A stretch of 64,000 bases of DNA from an uncultured Bacteroidaceae bacterium (GCA_963777115.1 CAVZPP010000002.1:841741-905740), one strand, 5' to 3'. Shown: positions 41,488 to 53,640, counted from the stretch's first letter. Numbers and translations: made by a program. Notes: generated by a model not told the origin, from the sequence alone.

Positions 41488-42606
41488 ATGCATCTCTCAG
41501 GAATTTCCCTTGTGAATTTTAAGAATTATGATCAGCTGGAGCTGTCTTTTAGCCAGAAGATCAATTGTTTCGTAGGGGATAACGGGACCGGGAAAACCAA
41601 TTTGCTGGATGCGATCTACTATCTTTCCCTGACCAAGAGTTATTTTAATTCTGTGGATACCCATAATATCAGGCATGGAGAGGAGCATTTTCTTATCCAG
41701 GGAGAATATCTCCGGGATGAATTGACAGAAAAGATCCATTGCGGTGTACAAAAGGGCAAATCCAAACAATTCAGGCGAAATAAAAAGGATTATACCAGGC
41801 TTTCTGAACATATTGGTCTGCTGCCGGTTGTGATGATTTCTCCGGCGGACAGTGCTCTGATCACCGAAGGCAGTGATGAAAGAAGGAAATTCATGAATGC
41901 AGTTATCTCACAGTTTGATCATGAATACCTGGAAAGCCAAATGCGTTATAACAGGGCCCTGGGACAGAGGAATGTTCTGCTGAAGGACTTCCACCGAAAG
42001 GGGAATTTCCAGAGGGAAGCCCTGGAAGTATGGGATGATCAGCTCCACCTTTACGGGAAGTATATCCATGGGAAACGTCAGGAATTTGTGCAGGACATGA
42101 TTCCTATTTTCCAGGAGTATTATAATTCTGTATCTGAGGGAAGGGAAGAGATAGGGCTGGAATATCATTCGCAATTGAATGACAGGGAACTGGCCGATCT
42201 TCTCAGGGAGCATGAAGAGAAAGACAGGATATTACAATATACTACAGCGGGGATCCATAAAGACGATCTTGTAATGAGTCTTTCAGGGTACCCGATTAAG
42301 CGTATTGGCAGCCAGGGACAGCAAAAAACATTCCTTGTGGCACTGAAGCTGGCTAAATATGATTTTATTAAAAAGGTAAACGGATTTCATCCCATTCTTT
42401 TACTTGATGATGTTTTTGATAAGTTTGATGCCCGGAGAGTACGACAGATAATCCGACTGGTAGCTGAGCATGAATTCGGTCAGATATTCATAACGGACAC
42501 CAATCGGGAAAGGATTAAGGAAATATTGAGCGAATTATCCATAGACTATAAACTCTTCCAGGTTGCATCGGAAGGTATAAACGAAGAAACAAATGGAAAG
42601 AAATAA
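41488..42606 (+). CDS. recF: DNA replication/repair protein RecF
   Basis: NFKNY, GDNGTGKTNLLDAI, GSQGQQK and LLLDD motifs. Confidence 0.96.
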   Translation: MHLSGISLVNFKNYDQLELSFSQKINCFVGDNGTGKTNLLDAIYYLSLTKSYFNSVDTHNIRHGEEHFLIQGEYLRDELTEKIHCGVQKGKSKQFRRNKKDYTRLSEHIGLLPVVMISPADSALITEGSDERRKFMNAVISQFDHEYLESQMRYNRALGQRNVLLKDFHRKGNFQREALEVWDDQLHLYGKYIHGKRQEFVQDMIPIFQEYYNSVSEGREEIGLEYHSQLNDRELADLLREHEEKDRILQYTTAGIHKDDLVMSLSGYPIKRIGSQGQQKTFLVALKLAKYDFIKKVNGFHPILLLDDVFDKFDARRVRQIIRLVAEHEFGQIFITDTNRERIKEILSELSIDYKLFQVASEGINEETNGKK

Positions 42607-42883
42607 TACACAGAAGATTGCCGATGTGATTCGTGCCTACCTTAAGGAATCCAGGCTGGAAAAACCTCTGAAGGAAAGACAGCTTGTGCAGTCCTGGGAA
42701 TCTCTCCTGGGGAAATCCGTTGCCCGGGCGACCAGCAAAATCTACCTGAATGAAGGTAGACTGTATGTATATCTTAACTCCTCCGTAGTAAAAAACGAAC
42801 TATTCATGCTCCAGGATGAAATCATCCGAAAACTAAATGAAGCAGCAGGAGAAGAACTTGTGAGGGAAATCGTGTTTCGTTAG
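42593..42883 (+). CDS. DUF721 (DciA-like) protein
   Basis: W..LLG..VA..T and LYV...SS..KNEL pattern; overlaps the recF 3' end. Confidence 0.88.
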   Translation: MERNNTQKIADVIRAYLKESRLEKPLKERQLVQSWESLLGKSVARATSKIYLNEGRLYVYLNSSVVKNELFMLQDEIIRKLNEAAGEELVREIVFR

Positions 42884-42884
42884 G

Positions 42885-43313
42885 CTACATACAATATGTA
42901 CGCTCGCTTTTTGCAAAGAAAAAATCCGCTTCCAAATTCGCGTTTTCGTCACTGTCTGATCCATGGACGGCATTCATTTCCAGTGATTCGGCATACTTTT
43001 TACGAATGGTTCCTTCCTCAGCATTTTCAGGATTTGTAGCTCCAATAAGCTGACGGTATTCTTCCACTGCATTCTCTCTCTCAAGTACAGCCGCGATAAT
43101 GGGACCGGAGGACATAAACTCCACCAGGCTATCAAAAAACGGTTTGCTGCGATGGATTGCATAAAACTCTTCCGCCTGCTTTGTACTTAATTTTGTGAGT
43201 TTCATAGCAATGATTTTGAAACCTGCCTCGTTGATCATATTGAGAATAGGACCTGTATGGCCTTTGCGAAAAGCACCAGGCTTGATCATTGTTAGGGTAA
43301 TTCTACCTGCCAT
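42885..43313 (-). CDS. ndk: Nucleoside diphosphate kinase
   Basis: [23 protein letters not shown] and NAVHGSDS; start at ATG 43313. Confidence 0.96.
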   Translation of the reverse strand: MAGRITLTMIKPGAFRKGHTGPILNMINEAGFKIIAMKLTKLSTKQAEEFYAIHRSKPFFDSLVEFMSSGPIIAAVLERENAVEEYRQLIGATNPENAEEGTIRKKYAESLEMNAVHGSDSDENANLEADFFFAKSERTYCM

Positions 43314-43394
43314 TATAATTGGGTTTTTAGTTTTACAGCTCGCGAATATAATTAGAATATTTCTAACTTTGACCACCCTGAAAGGATTAATAAA

Positions 43395-44426
43395 ATGAGC
43401 ATTAAGCTATCAGAAGAAATTTGTATCAAGCTGAGAAAAGTACTGGCTGCGCCCATCCGGGTGTTTCTACTGACTCATATTAACCCGGACGGAGACGCTA
43501 TCGGTTCCATGCTTGGCATGTATCATTTCCTTAAAAACAGGGGATGTACAGTTAATATGGCTGTGCCAAATGAAATTCCTCAATTCCTTACCTGGATGGA
43601 AGGGGCAGAGCAGATTCTTGATTTCAGGGGACAAAGACAGCCCGTGGAGGAAGAGCTGGGGAAGGCCGACCTGGTATTTTGTCTTGACTTTAACGAGCCT
43701 GGCAGACTGGGGGGAATAAAAGAATTAATTGATCAGACCGATGTTCTTAAGATCCTCATAGATCATCATCCAGATCCTTCGGATTTTGCTGATCATATAA
43801 TGTCAGATACTTCTGCCAGCTCCACTGCCGAGCTTGTTCATCGCTTCATTCTTAACCTGGATAGTAAAAAAAGCATTACCAGGACCATCGCAGAGTGCCT
43901 GTTTGTTGGAATAATGACCGATACTGGTATCTTCAGCTTCAATAGTTCTTCACCCGAAACCTACCTTGTGATAGCGGATCTGCTCGCAACAGGAATAGAT
44001 AAGGACAGAATTCACAGCCTGGTGAATGATAATTATACGGAGGACCGAATGAGGATGCTGGGATATAGCCTGCAGGAAAAAATGATAGTTCTAAGGGAAC
44101 ACCGGTGTGCATACATTTTCCTGAGCAGGGAAGAACTTGACCGGTTTAAACATCTTTCAGGTGATACTGAAGGATTTGTGAACTACCCATTTTCAATCAG
44201 GGATATCAGGGTGACTGCCCTCTTCCTGGAAAAAAAGAATCAAATAAAAATTTCTTTTCGTTCCAAAGGGGATTTTTCAGTTAACCTGTTTGCACGTAAA
44301 TATTTTAACGGTGGGGGACACCGAAACGCGGCCGGTGGTGAGTCTGATGACAGCCTCGAAAATACCGTCAGTCGTTTTGAGTCTCTTATATCCGAATACA
44401 GCGATGAGATCAATAAGTTACCATAA
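43395..44426 (+). CDS. nrnA: DHH/DHHA1 oligoribonuclease/pAp phosphatase NrnA
   Basis: [23 protein letters not shown] and GGGH.NAAG; TAACTTTG promoter at 43364-43371. Confidence 0.9.
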   Translation: MSIKLSEEICIKLRKVLAAPIRVFLLTHINPDGDAIGSMLGMYHFLKNRGCTVNMAVPNEIPQFLTWMEGAEQILDFRGQRQPVEEELGKADLVFCLDFNEPGRLGGIKELIDQTDVLKILIDHHPDPSDFADHIMSDTSASSTAELVHRFILNLDSKKSITRTIAECLFVGIMTDTGIFSFNSSSPETYLVIADLLATGIDKDRIHSLVNDNYTEDRMRMLGYSLQEKMIVLREHRCAYIFLSREELDRFKHLSGDTEGFVNYPFSIRDIRVTALFLEKKNQIKISFRSKGDFSVNLFARKYFNGGGHRNAAGGESDDSLENTVSRFESLISEYSDEINKLP

Positions 44427-44964
44427 AATTAGCAGGGTACTTATCCTGGGTCTGTTACTTGCGATCCTGATGGTCTCATGCGGAAGGACTCCGGTACAGG
44501 AATCGGCACCCGTTGCAACTCCGGAAGAGGAGAAAGAGATGCTTCTCAGGATCAATAAATTTCTTGTCCAGAAGGACATTGATCTGATTGAATCCTATGC
44601 CATTCGCAGAGGCTGGGATATGGAGGTCACCGAAACAGGCCTGTATTATGAAATCATTGAGCTGACAGATGGGATCCGGGCTGAGATGGGGATGGATATC
44701 CGTATTAATTATAACTTAAGCCTGCTTGACGGCACTCTGTGTTATACCTCTGAAAAGGATGGCGCCAAGGAATTTCTACTGGGGAAAAGCCAGGAAATTT
44801 CCGGATTGGAACTCGCTGTGGAGCTGATGCGTGTGGGGGAAAAGGCGAGATTCATCATACCCCCCCATCTTGCTTATGGTTTACTGGGGGATGAAGAAAA
44901 AATCCCGGCAAGGTCCATCATTGTCTATGAAGTTGAATTACTTTTTGCTGGCGGGAACGGATAA
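44404..44964 (+). CDS. FKBP-type PPIase lipoprotein (GldI-like)
   Basis: Lipobox MVSC; TETGLYY and IPPHLAYG..GD..KIP motifs. Confidence 0.88.
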   Translation: MRSISYHKISRVLILGLLLAILMVSCGRTPVQESAPVATPEEEKEMLLRINKFLVQKDIDLIESYAIRRGWDMEVTETGLYYEIIELTDGIRAEMGMDIRINYNLSLLDGTLCYTSEKDGAKEFLLGKSQEISGLELAVELMRVGEKARFIIPPHLAYGLLGDEEKIPARSIIVYEVELLFAGGNG

Positions 44965-45047
44965 TTTTTAATAAGATCAATCGTTTATGCATAAACGCAA
45001 CCCTTTGGGGTTTTTTATCATCATCAGTATTATTAATGTATAAAATT

Positions 45048-45953
45048 ATGGAAAAAAGAATTATATACCGTGTGGCTGTTCTCCTTATGGTGCTGCCGGT
45101 TTTTTTGCAGGGGTGCAACAAGGATGATAGCCAGGAGAGATGGGAAGAGGAGATGAGACTTCTAAATCAATATATTCTGGATAAGAATATAATTGATCAA
45201 CCAACATCATCTGGACTTTATTATATTGAAATGGAAGCAGGAACGGGAAATCGAGCCGCTTTAGAAGACTTGGTTGATTTTAATTATACAACTGAGCTGA
45301 TCGATGGCACTGTTGTGGGTACTTCTGATGAGGAATTGGCTGTAGATAAGTCAATCTTTGAAGATACCAAAATGTACGGTCCCATTCGTTCTATGATTGG
45401 TTATACCGGAGTCCCGGGAGTGGATGAGGGCTTATTGTATATGTATGAGAAGGGAATTTCCAAAATGATTGTACCCTCTAATATTGGAGGAATTTATCCC
45501 TCTGACTATACCACGAAAATTTATACCATTGAGCTGGTCAATACCTTTAATGATCCTGAACAGTTTCAGTCGGACCAGATTTTAAGCTATTTGAAGGATC
45601 ACCAGATCGATAGCACATTTGTTACTCCTACAGGCTTGCATTATATTGAGGATACAGTGGGTACAGGTTTAAGAATTACCACTGGAGTGAATGTTCAACT
45701 TTGGTATACAGGTACTTTTCTCGATGGCAGGGTCTTTGACTCCAACCGGAATGGGACGGTGATGTCTGTTACCATGCCTGCAACAAATTATATTGCTGCC
45801 TGGGATGAGGCTCTCAGGTTAATGAGTGAAGGGACCATAGCAAGGATAATTGTGCCTTATAACCTGGCATATGGCGCACAGGGACAAGGATCAGTTCCTC
45901 CCTATATGCCTCTGGTATTTGATATTGAGATTGTAAAGGTTTCTCCAATTTAG
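45048..45953 (+). CDS. Double-domain FKBP-type PPIase lipoprotein
   Basis: Lipobox LQGC; two FKBP domains (YTGTFLDGRVFDS, VPYNLAYG). Confidence 0.88.
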   Translation: MEKRIIYRVAVLLMVLPVFLQGCNKDDSQERWEEEMRLLNQYILDKNIIDQPTSSGLYYIEMEAGTGNRAALEDLVDFNYTTELIDGTVVGTSDEELAVDKSIFEDTKMYGPIRSMIGYTGVPGVDEGLLYMYEKGISKMIVPSNIGGIYPSDYTTKIYTIELVNTFNDPEQFQSDQILSYLKDHQIDSTFVTPTGLHYIEDTVGTGLRITTGVNVQLWYTGTFLDGRVFDSNRNGTVMSVTMPATNYIAAWDEALRLMSEGTIARIIVPYNLAYGAQGQGSVPPYMPLVFDIEIVKVSPI

Positions 45954-46663
45954 GACCTGGCTCTGTTCAGCAAAAATATAGCAGGCCGTTTATGAATTTC
46001 AGGAAGTTTTTTCTTCCATTCATGAACGGCTTTTGTTTTTATAAACTCTGAGTCAAGGCTTATATCAACCGCCAGACATAACATTGTTTCATTCCGGCAA
46101 ATCCTTAAAATGTCTTCCAGGAGGTTCATGTTCCTGTAAGGAGTTTCCATAAATATCTGGGTTTCGCCGCTATCAAGTGCCGACTTCTCAATCTGCCGGA
46201 TACTATTACTACGTGCGGGATTTTTAATCGGAAGGTAGCCATGGAACCGGAATGCCTGTCCGTTCATTCCAGAAGCCATGAGAGCTAATAAGATCGACGA
46301 TGGGCCAACCAGGGGGATTACCTTAATACCATGCCTGTGTGCAAGATCCACTATCCGGGTCCCGGGATCTGCAACCGCAGGTACCCCAGCCTCTGATAAT
46401 ATGCCTGCCGAATTGCCTTTGAGAAGGGTATTGAGCATTTCATCTATATCTTCATCACTGCTGTGTTCATTGAGAAGGTAAAAATGTACACTGTCAAACT
46501 GGGCCTTAAATCCTGCCTTCCTGAGATACCTCCTGGCGGAGCGCAGATCTTCGACAATGAAATGTTCCAGTTTGTTCAGTATTTCCAGGGGTAATGATGG
46601 TATTACATTGTCGACAGGGGAGTCCCCTAAAGTGACAGGAATCAAGTATAATTCAGCAGACAT
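45950..46663 (-). CDS. Tetrapyrrole-methylase family SAM-dependent methyltransferase (RsmI-like)
   Basis: LYLIP, SEAGVPAVADPG, GPSSILLALMASG and FMETPYRN motifs. Confidence 0.9.
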   Translation of the reverse strand: MSAELYLIPVTLGDSPVDNVIPSLPLEILNKLEHFIVEDLRSARRYLRKAGFKAQFDSVHFYLLNEHSSDEDIDEMLNTLLKGNSAGILSEAGVPAVADPGTRIVDLAHRHGIKVIPLVGPSSILLALMASGMNGQAFRFHGYLPIKNPARSNSIRQIEKSALDSGETQIFMETPYRNMNLLEDILRICRNETMLCLAVDISLDSEFIKTKAVHEWKKKLPEIHKRPAIFLLNRARS

Positions 46664-46707
46664 TTTCTTTAAACCTATTTTCGTGTAAATTTACCATTTT
46701 TAAAGGT

Positions 46708-47469
46708 ATGAAAATTACTTTCCTTGGGACAGGAACATCGCAGGGTGTACCTGTTATCGCATGTACCTGTACTGTTTGCCAGTCGGATGATCTGAGGGAC
46801 AAGCGTCTCCGGTCTTCTGTATTGATTGAAGACAAAGGAAAAGTAATACTGATAGATACCGCACCGGATTTCCGTGAGCAGATGCTGAGTAACCGGGTCA
46901 ATCGCCTTGATGCTATTCTATACACTCATGAACACCGGGATCATATAGCGGGACTCGATGATATCCGTGCGTATAATTATATTCAGAAAAAGCCAATGGA
47001 TATCTATGGTGAGGAGAGGGTTCTCCGGGCCTTGCATCATACATTTCCCTACATTTTTGCCGAACGCAATTATCCGGGCATTCCCAAAGTCAATTTCCAC
47101 ACCATTGATAGCCATCCCTTTCAGGTCGACGGAATAGATATCATTCCTGTTCGTGCATTGCATTACCGACTTCCTGTACTGGGTTTCCGTGTGGGAGATT
47201 TTGCCTATATAACGGATGCTAACCATATCTCAGCAGAAGAAATTGATAAAATCAGGGGGGTTAAGGTTTTTGTTATTTGCGCCCTTCGTATTAAAGAGCA
47301 TATTTCTCATTTTAACCTGGAACAGGCCCTGGAGGTCATTGAAGCGGTACAACCCGGGCAGGCTTACCTGACCCATTTATCCCATGTAATGGGACCATTT
47401 GATGAAATAGAGAAAATACTGCCTGAGAACGTTCATCTGGCCTACGATACATTAAGCCTGGATATCTAA
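46708..47469 (+). CDS. MBL-fold metallo-hydrolase (PhnP-like)
   Basis: LGTGTSQGVP..C.C..C, THEHRDHIAGLDD and THLSH motifs. Confidence 0.92.
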   Translation: MKITFLGTGTSQGVPVIACTCTVCQSDDLRDKRLRSSVLIEDKGKVILIDTAPDFREQMLSNRVNRLDAILYTHEHRDHIAGLDDIRAYNYIQKKPMDIYGEERVLRALHHTFPYIFAERNYPGIPKVNFHTIDSHPFQVDGIDIIPVRALHYRLPVLGFRVGDFAYITDANHISAEEIDKIRGVKVFVICALRIKEHISHFNLEQALEVIEAVQPGQAYLTHLSHVMGPFDEIEKILPENVHLAYDTLSLDI

Positions 47470-47484
47470 CGATTACCTGGAGAT

Positions 47485-48660
47485 CTAACGGGTATTATAT
47501 TTATTGAAGAACAGGGCAAAGATCAAGCCCAGAACCATAAACACGGATCCCCCAAATAGCAGTGCTGTTTTTAGTCCCATGTTATCTGTCATCATCCCCA
47601 TTGCCGGTCCAACAATAACAAAACAGAGCCGGATAATGAAATTGCGGACCGAAAGTACCGTTGCCCTCACATCTGACCTGCTGAGTCGGTGTATGTAATC
47701 TTTGAGTATAGGAGTGGCAATACCACGAATTATGTAAAAGATAAATAGAATGATCAGGGCCCAGTAGGTATGCATAAAGCCCAGGATAATATAGCCGGCA
47801 GGGATCAGGATTGTCAGTCCAAGTACAGTGGGTCTTGCCCCAATCCTGGATTCTAATTTATATGCAGTCATTGCTGCCAGTCCCACTACAAGATTCAAGG
47901 CAGTCCACATTCCCCCGTAAAGGGTTAAGGGCAACCCGATATGTTTAAAATAGGGCTGTGCAAACCAGGCCATGGTAAGGGTGGCAGTTCCAATAATCGC
48001 AGAAAGAAAAATGTTGGTTCTGAGTTCCTTGTTGATGAAAAGGGAATCCTTTACAACATCCAGAATAGTATTAAATGTAAAGGTTTTTATACGTGTATGG
48101 GTTCCTGGTTCTACAAGCAGGATAGCGGCTGGTATAGCCAGGAATGAAACAAATGCCTGGGCATATAAATTGGTTCTCAAACTAATCAGTGCCAGCAGTC
48201 CCCCTACAATTCCAGCACTTGCCTCCGCGATATTGCCGATGGATACCATCCGGCCCTCATATTTAATGTATTTTTTTTCTTCTTTTCTTTCCAGCAAGGA
48301 ATCATAAAGCATTGCTGAATCTGCCCCGGATATAAAACTTTGTCCGAATCCAAGTACAAGTTCTGCCAGGAGGAAACCCAGGAATCCATATGAAAAGCTG
48401 TAAATCGAAAACCCGGCAGCACCAAGAATAGTCCCTATGATAAGGGTTCTGCGCCTTCCGATTACATCGGCAAAGTATCCGGAAGGTATTTCAAGGACAA
48501 CAATTGAGATGGAATATACGGCCTGCAGAATCATCACCTGTTGCATGTCCAGTCCATTTGAGGTATAGAAAGGTACCACGTAAGGCATGTACAGCATGAA
48601 CCACTTGGCTATCTTGATGAGATACAGTTTCCAGATATTGAATTTGGTGGTTCTTTTCAT
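47485..48660 (-). CDS. MFS transporter
   Basis: LEIPSGYFADVIGRR, SGADSAMLYD and RATVLS motifs; about 12 TM helices. Confidence 0.9.
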   Translation of the reverse strand: MKRTTKFNIWKLYLIKIAKWFMLYMPYVVPFYTSNGLDMQQVMILQAVYSISIVVLEIPSGYFADVIGRRRTLIIGTILGAAGFSIYSFSYGFLGFLLAELVLGFGQSFISGADSAMLYDSLLERKEEKKYIKYEGRMVSIGNIAEASAGIVGGLLALISLRTNLYAQAFVSFLAIPAAILLVEPGTHTRIKTFTFNTILDVVKDSLFINKELRTNIFLSAIIGTATLTMAWFAQPYFKHIGLPLTLYGGMWTALNLVVGLAAMTAYKLESRIGARPTVLGLTILIPAGYIILGFMHTYWALIILFIFYIIRGIATPILKDYIHRLSRSDVRATVLSVRNFIIRLCFVIVGPAMGMMTDNMGLKTALLFGGSVFMVLGLIFALFFNKYNTR

Positions 48661-49013
48661 GATTTGCTCCAAGGATTTGCAAAAATAGCATTATATAAAT
48701 ATTCAATCAATTTAACCTCATATGCTATTGCTTCATTATAGCTATAATTTTAAAGATCAATATTGATTGATATTGATCAAACCCTGACTTGGTGCTCAAC
48801 GGGCTAATCTACAGGAATTTGCGGATTTTTACTGATTTTCACATGGAGTGTATTATCCTAATGGGCTGAGTACCTAACACCAAAGAGCTCCATGGGGAAA
48901 TATGGAAAACTTGATGTTAAAAGACTATAATCGAGAATCGGAAATTTTCGATAAATTCGTAAAACAAGCTTCGCTGAATATGGAAAGCTTATAATAAAAC
49001 TAAATCTTTATCA

Positions 49014-51824
49014 ATGAAACCCAAAAAAAAATTATTAATCGCCCTGATCATCCTTTTTTCAGTCAGTCTCTATTCGCAAAACACTCAAATTGTATACCTC
49101 TCCGGGAAAGACGCGGCTAAAACGGTCGATTGGGATTTTTTCTGCACCGACGGACAGAATAGTGGCAACTGGACTAAAATACCCGTGCCCTCCAACTGGG
49201 AGTTGCAGGGTTTTGGAACCTACAATTATGGCCACGATTGGGGCAACAAAGAGATCAAACTTGGAAAGGAACATGGTTTGTATAAATACGAATTCAGTGT
49301 ACCTTCCGATTGGAAAGGCAAAACAGTAAATATAGTATTCGACGGTTCGATGACCGACACCAAGAGTAAAAATTAATGGTAAGTCAGCCGGAGAAATGCA
49401 CCAGGGTGCTTTTTACCGTTTTAAATACGATATTTCAAAATTATTGAAATACGGAAGATCAAATGTTTTGGAAGTAGATGTTGATAAACATTCATCAAAC
49501 GAATCGGTTGTACGTGCCGAGCGCCAGGCTGATTTCTGGATTTTTGGAGGAATTTTTCGACCCGTATTTTTGGAAGTACTTCCAGAAATTCACATGAACC
49601 GCACTGCTATTGATGCCAAAGCTGATGGTTCTTTCAACTCATTCATCGTGCTGAATAAATCAAAAGCCAATTATTCTGTTTCAGTTGAGTTGTTTGATTT
49701 AGAAGGAAATAAAATTGGTGAATCAATCCAGTCAAAAATTGAAAAAGGAACCACGGAAACCTTTGTTTCAGGGAAATTTAATCATGTAAAATCGTGGAAT
49801 CCCGAGTGGCCTACTTTATACAACATGAAAATTACCCTGAAAAAAGGGAACGATATTTTGCATGAAGTAACGGAACGAATTGGTTTCCGAACTGTTGAAT
49901 TACGTGCACACGATGGTTTTTATATAAATGGTGAAAAAGTTGTTTTCAAAGGTGTAAATCGTCACTCGTTTTTGGCCCGAAACCGGTCGCTGTTTAAGCG
50001 AAGAAAATCACTTAACCGATATTCGTTTGATGAAAGGAGATGAACATGAACGCGGTTCGTTGTTCGCATTATGTTCCGGATAAACGGTTTCTTGAATTAT
50101 GCGACTCGCTGGGACTTTTTGTATTGGATGAAGTTACCGGCTGGCAACAGGGATATGACACAATTGTTGGTCCAAAACTAATAAAAGAAACCGTTTTGAA
50201 AGATGAAAATCATCCGTGTGTGGTAATCTGGGATCATGGAAATGAAGGTGGCTGGGATTTTGCCAACGAAAAAGAATTTCATCGACTGGGACATTCAAAA
50301 ACGACCAGTTATTTATCCATGGTTACTTCGGAATGGTGTTGAAACCCACCACTATCCCGAATTTAATTATGGCATTGGACGAAATGTTTAATGGCAACGA
50401 CCCGTTTATGGCGACCGAATTAATGCATGGTTTATATGATGGCGGACATGGAGCCGGACTGGAGGAATTCTGGAGAAGTTATGAAGCAACGCCACTTTTG
50501 GCAGGAGGATTTCTTTGGGTTTTGGCCGATGAGGCTGTATTGCGTAACAGATATGGAAGGAACTGTTTTTGATGCTGATGGAAATAATGCTCCCGATGGA
50601 ATTCTTGGACCTCATCGGGAGAAAGAGGGGAGTTTCTATACTGTTAAAGAAATTTGGTCGCCAGTACAAATAGAACCGGTAACCATAAACAAACAATGGA
50701 ATGGTAGATTATTCCTGAAAAATAAATTCATTTATACCAATTTAATCGAATGTAGTTTTAGCTGGAAAGCCTTTAGAACTGAAATTGGTACTACAAGAGA
50801 AATAGTAACCGGCTCTGGAAAAGTTACAAGCCCGAATACACTACCCGGAGAAACAGAAATGGTAAATATTGACTGTGGTAAAGCGCTTCAAAATGCAGAT
50901 ATCTTTCAGTTTACAGCCCTCGATCACGAAGGAAAAGAACTTTATACCTGGAGTTGGCCGGTAATTCAACCTAAAGAAAAAGCAGTTGAAATAATTTCAA
51001 CAAATAATAATATTTCAGAAATTGATGTGATTGAAAATGGAAATCTTATAACTGCAACAGTGAATAATCTGAAATTTTCATTCAACAAGGAAAATGGTGA
51101 AATTCAGTCGATAGAAAACAGTAATGGAAATATCTCATTTTCAGGTGGCCCTGTTCCTGTGGGAGTTGAATCGGAAGTTACCGAAACCAAATGGAAAATG
51201 GATGAACCTGGTAATTTTGTGTTTGAGATCACTTATTCCAGTTATCCAGGCAATGCAGTTTGGACTTTGACTAAAAATGGATTGCTTGGACTGGAAGCTG
51301 GTGCTATCAGAAGAGGATTAAAGGACATCGATTATATTGGAATTTCCTTTAAGTATCCCGAAGATAAATGCAAATCGGTAAGCTGGATGGGGCGTGGACC
51401 ATACCGGGTGTGGAAAAACCGGATCAAAGGAAGCAATATTGGTGTTTGGGAAAAGGAGTATAACAATACAATTACCGGCGAAAATTTTAATGAATTAATA
51501 TATCCTGAGTTTAAAGGATATCACGGTAATTTGTATTGGGCCAAATTCGAAACTACCGAATCACCAATTACCATTATCTCAGCTACTCCAAATTTATACT
51601 TTCAGCTTTTCACACCTGCAAAACCAAAAGATATCAGAGGAGATGTCGCACCTTCCTTTCCTGACGGCGACATATCGTTCTTATATGACATACCTGCAAT
51701 TGGAACAAAATTTAAAAAAGCAGAGCAATTAGGTCCTCAAAGCCAGAAAGGTATATATAAAGGGCATAATGGAGATGTGGGATATCCTATAAAACTATGG
51801 TTTGATTTTTCAGTAGAAAATTAG
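49014..51824 (+). CDS. GH2 beta-galactosidase-like enzyme (about 934 aa) interrupted by six +1 frameshifts, probably sequencing errors; pseudogene not excluded
   Basis: Fragments join into IPVPSNWE, DFWIFGGIFRPV, KGVNRHSFWPE, MNAVRCSHY, WDHGNE, TELMHG and GGFLW. Confidence 0.85.
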
Positions 51825-51970
51825 TTTTAATACAATGAATCATCTCTTAGCTTTATTTATTTGAGAGTCATTTTATAGAGAACGATATTGAATACTATAC
51901 AAAAGAATTCTAAGTTGACCTTTTCCTACCTGATCCATTGAATTAATTGAATAAACGATTATGCTCGGTA

Positions 51971-51994
51971 AAGACGTGGTACCAGCTACACCAC
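51971..51994. repeat. 24-bp direct repeat, copy 1 (aagacgtggtaccagctacaccac)
   Basis: Identical to 57181-57204; imperfect similarity continues for about 30 bp to the right. Confidence 0.9.
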
Positions 51995-52090
51995 TTATTT
52001 CTTTGCGGATTTTAATCGATCTTTTCATCAAAAACTTCATTTTTCAGCAATAATTACCAATTTTAACCTTCATTTTAAAACTATGATTCA

Positions 52091-53470
52091 ATGAAATTCT
52101 GTTGTAGGTCAGCATTCAGCTTTCTCATATTATTAAATATACAATTGCAGCTTGGCCTCGCACAGCCTATTATTGATTCAGCTAAATACGGATTGCCGGT
52201 ATTGCCCGAGGTGTCAGGATTTGGACTTGACTCAAAAGGAGGTCAGGGAGGTAAAATTATTGTAGTTAGTAATCTTAATTCAGAAGGTAAAGGCTCACTT
52301 GCTGAGGCAATAAATACTTCTGGCCCAAGAATTATCGTTTTTGAAGTTGCCGGATATATCGATCTTGAAGAACAATCACTTGAGTTGACAAATCCTTTTA
52401 TCACCATTGTCGGACAGACTGCTCCGTCTCCAGGTGTAACACTAGTCAATGGAGGCTTGAGCATTAAAACACATGATGTAATAATTCAACATATTAAAGT
52501 TCGACCTGGAGATAGAGGACGGGCAAAAAAGAGTGGTTGGGAAGCTGATGGTTTAGCAAGTAATAAGGGTGCTTATAATGTTATTGTAGACCACTGTTCT
52601 TTTTCATGGGCAACCGATGAAAACCTAAGTGTTTCGGGACCCAGATTTGATGGAGAAAATGTAGTAGAGTGGCGAAATAATACATCACATAAGATAACTT
52701 ATAGCCATTGCATTATTGCCCAGGGATTAAGTAATTCAAGTCATTCAAAAGGGGAACACTCTAAGGGAACGCTTGTTCATGATAATGCAACAGATATTCT
52801 GATCTACGGAAATTTGTATTCCAGCAATGTTGAACGGAGTCCACTGATAAAAGGCGGTGTACAATGTGCGATAGTAAACAATTATATTTATAATCCGGGA
52901 AACGCTGCCATTCACTACAACCTTTCGCCAGGCGAGTGGATGGGCCATGAATGGGTGGAAGGTAAAATGAGCGTGGAAGGAAATTATATTGAATTTGGAA
53001 AAAACTCTTCAGAAAATATTGCAGCGGCGAATCTTCGCGGGCCAATAGAAATTTACTGGAAAGATAATTTTGTTTCTGAAAGAAAAATCAACGGAGAAGC
53101 AGACGAGTCCTTAAGGTATAGGAATACATTTATCGAAGAAAAAACGGCAACCATCTCTGAATTGCTAAAAGGGGCTAATACTAAAACGGATGGACTTGAA
53201 AAAGTGGTTGAATCACCACCTATTTGGCCATATGGATTGGTTCCAATTCCTGTAGAAAAAGTTAAAGATTACGTTTTACAAAATGCAGGAGCCTTTCCTT
53301 GGGACCGGGATAAAATTGACCAGAAGATAATAGATGATATAATATCAGGCAAAGGCCAGATAATTGACAGTGAAACTCAGGTTGGAGGATATCCGGAAAT
53401 TGAATTGGTTTTCCGGAAATTCAGGTTGGAGGATTGGTCTATGACTACCTTAAGGCGAAAAGTTGATTAA
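52091..53470 (+). CDS. Polysaccharide lyase family 1 (pectate lyase-like)
   Basis: GFG...GG.GG, GPRIIVFEVAG, GQTAPSPG, VDHCSFSWATDE and R.P motifs; signal peptide. Confidence 0.88.
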   Translation: MKFCCRSAFSFLILLNIQLQLGLAQPIIDSAKYGLPVLPEVSGFGLDSKGGQGGKIIVVSNLNSEGKGSLAEAINTSGPRIIVFEVAGYIDLEEQSLELTNPFITIVGQTAPSPGVTLVNGGLSIKTHDVIIQHIKVRPGDRGRAKKSGWEADGLASNKGAYNVIVDHCSFSWATDENLSVSGPRFDGENVVEWRNNTSHKITYSHCIIAQGLSNSSHSKGEHSKGTLVHDNATDILIYGNLYSSNVERSPLIKGGVQCAIVNNYIYNPGNAAIHYNLSPGEWMGHEWVEGKMSVEGNYIEFGKNSSENIAAANLRGPIEIYWKDNFVSERKINGEADESLRYRNTFIEEKTATISELLKGANTKTDGLEKVVESPPIWPYGLVPIPVEKVKDYVLQNAGAFPWDRDKIDQKIIDDIISGKGQIIDSETQVGGYPEIELVFRKFRLEDWSMTTLRRKVD

Positions 53471-53640
53471 GAAAGAGAGCCTTTATACCTATGTAACAAG
53501 ACGTTCACCTAGGAACTGATCCTTTCAATCTTAATAAGCCTCCTGATCATCAGCACATACTGAAAAAGCCTCGCTGATAATTGTTTTACAGATACTTACG
53601 ATACCTAGACGATAAAAGAATGTGTCTTTGTTCAGAATTT

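Noticed and set aside
51976-51994. Repeat core as a tRNA 3'-end fragment (minus strand ...TGGTACCA)
   Set aside because: No T-arm (GTTCRA) or cloverleaf beside either copy.
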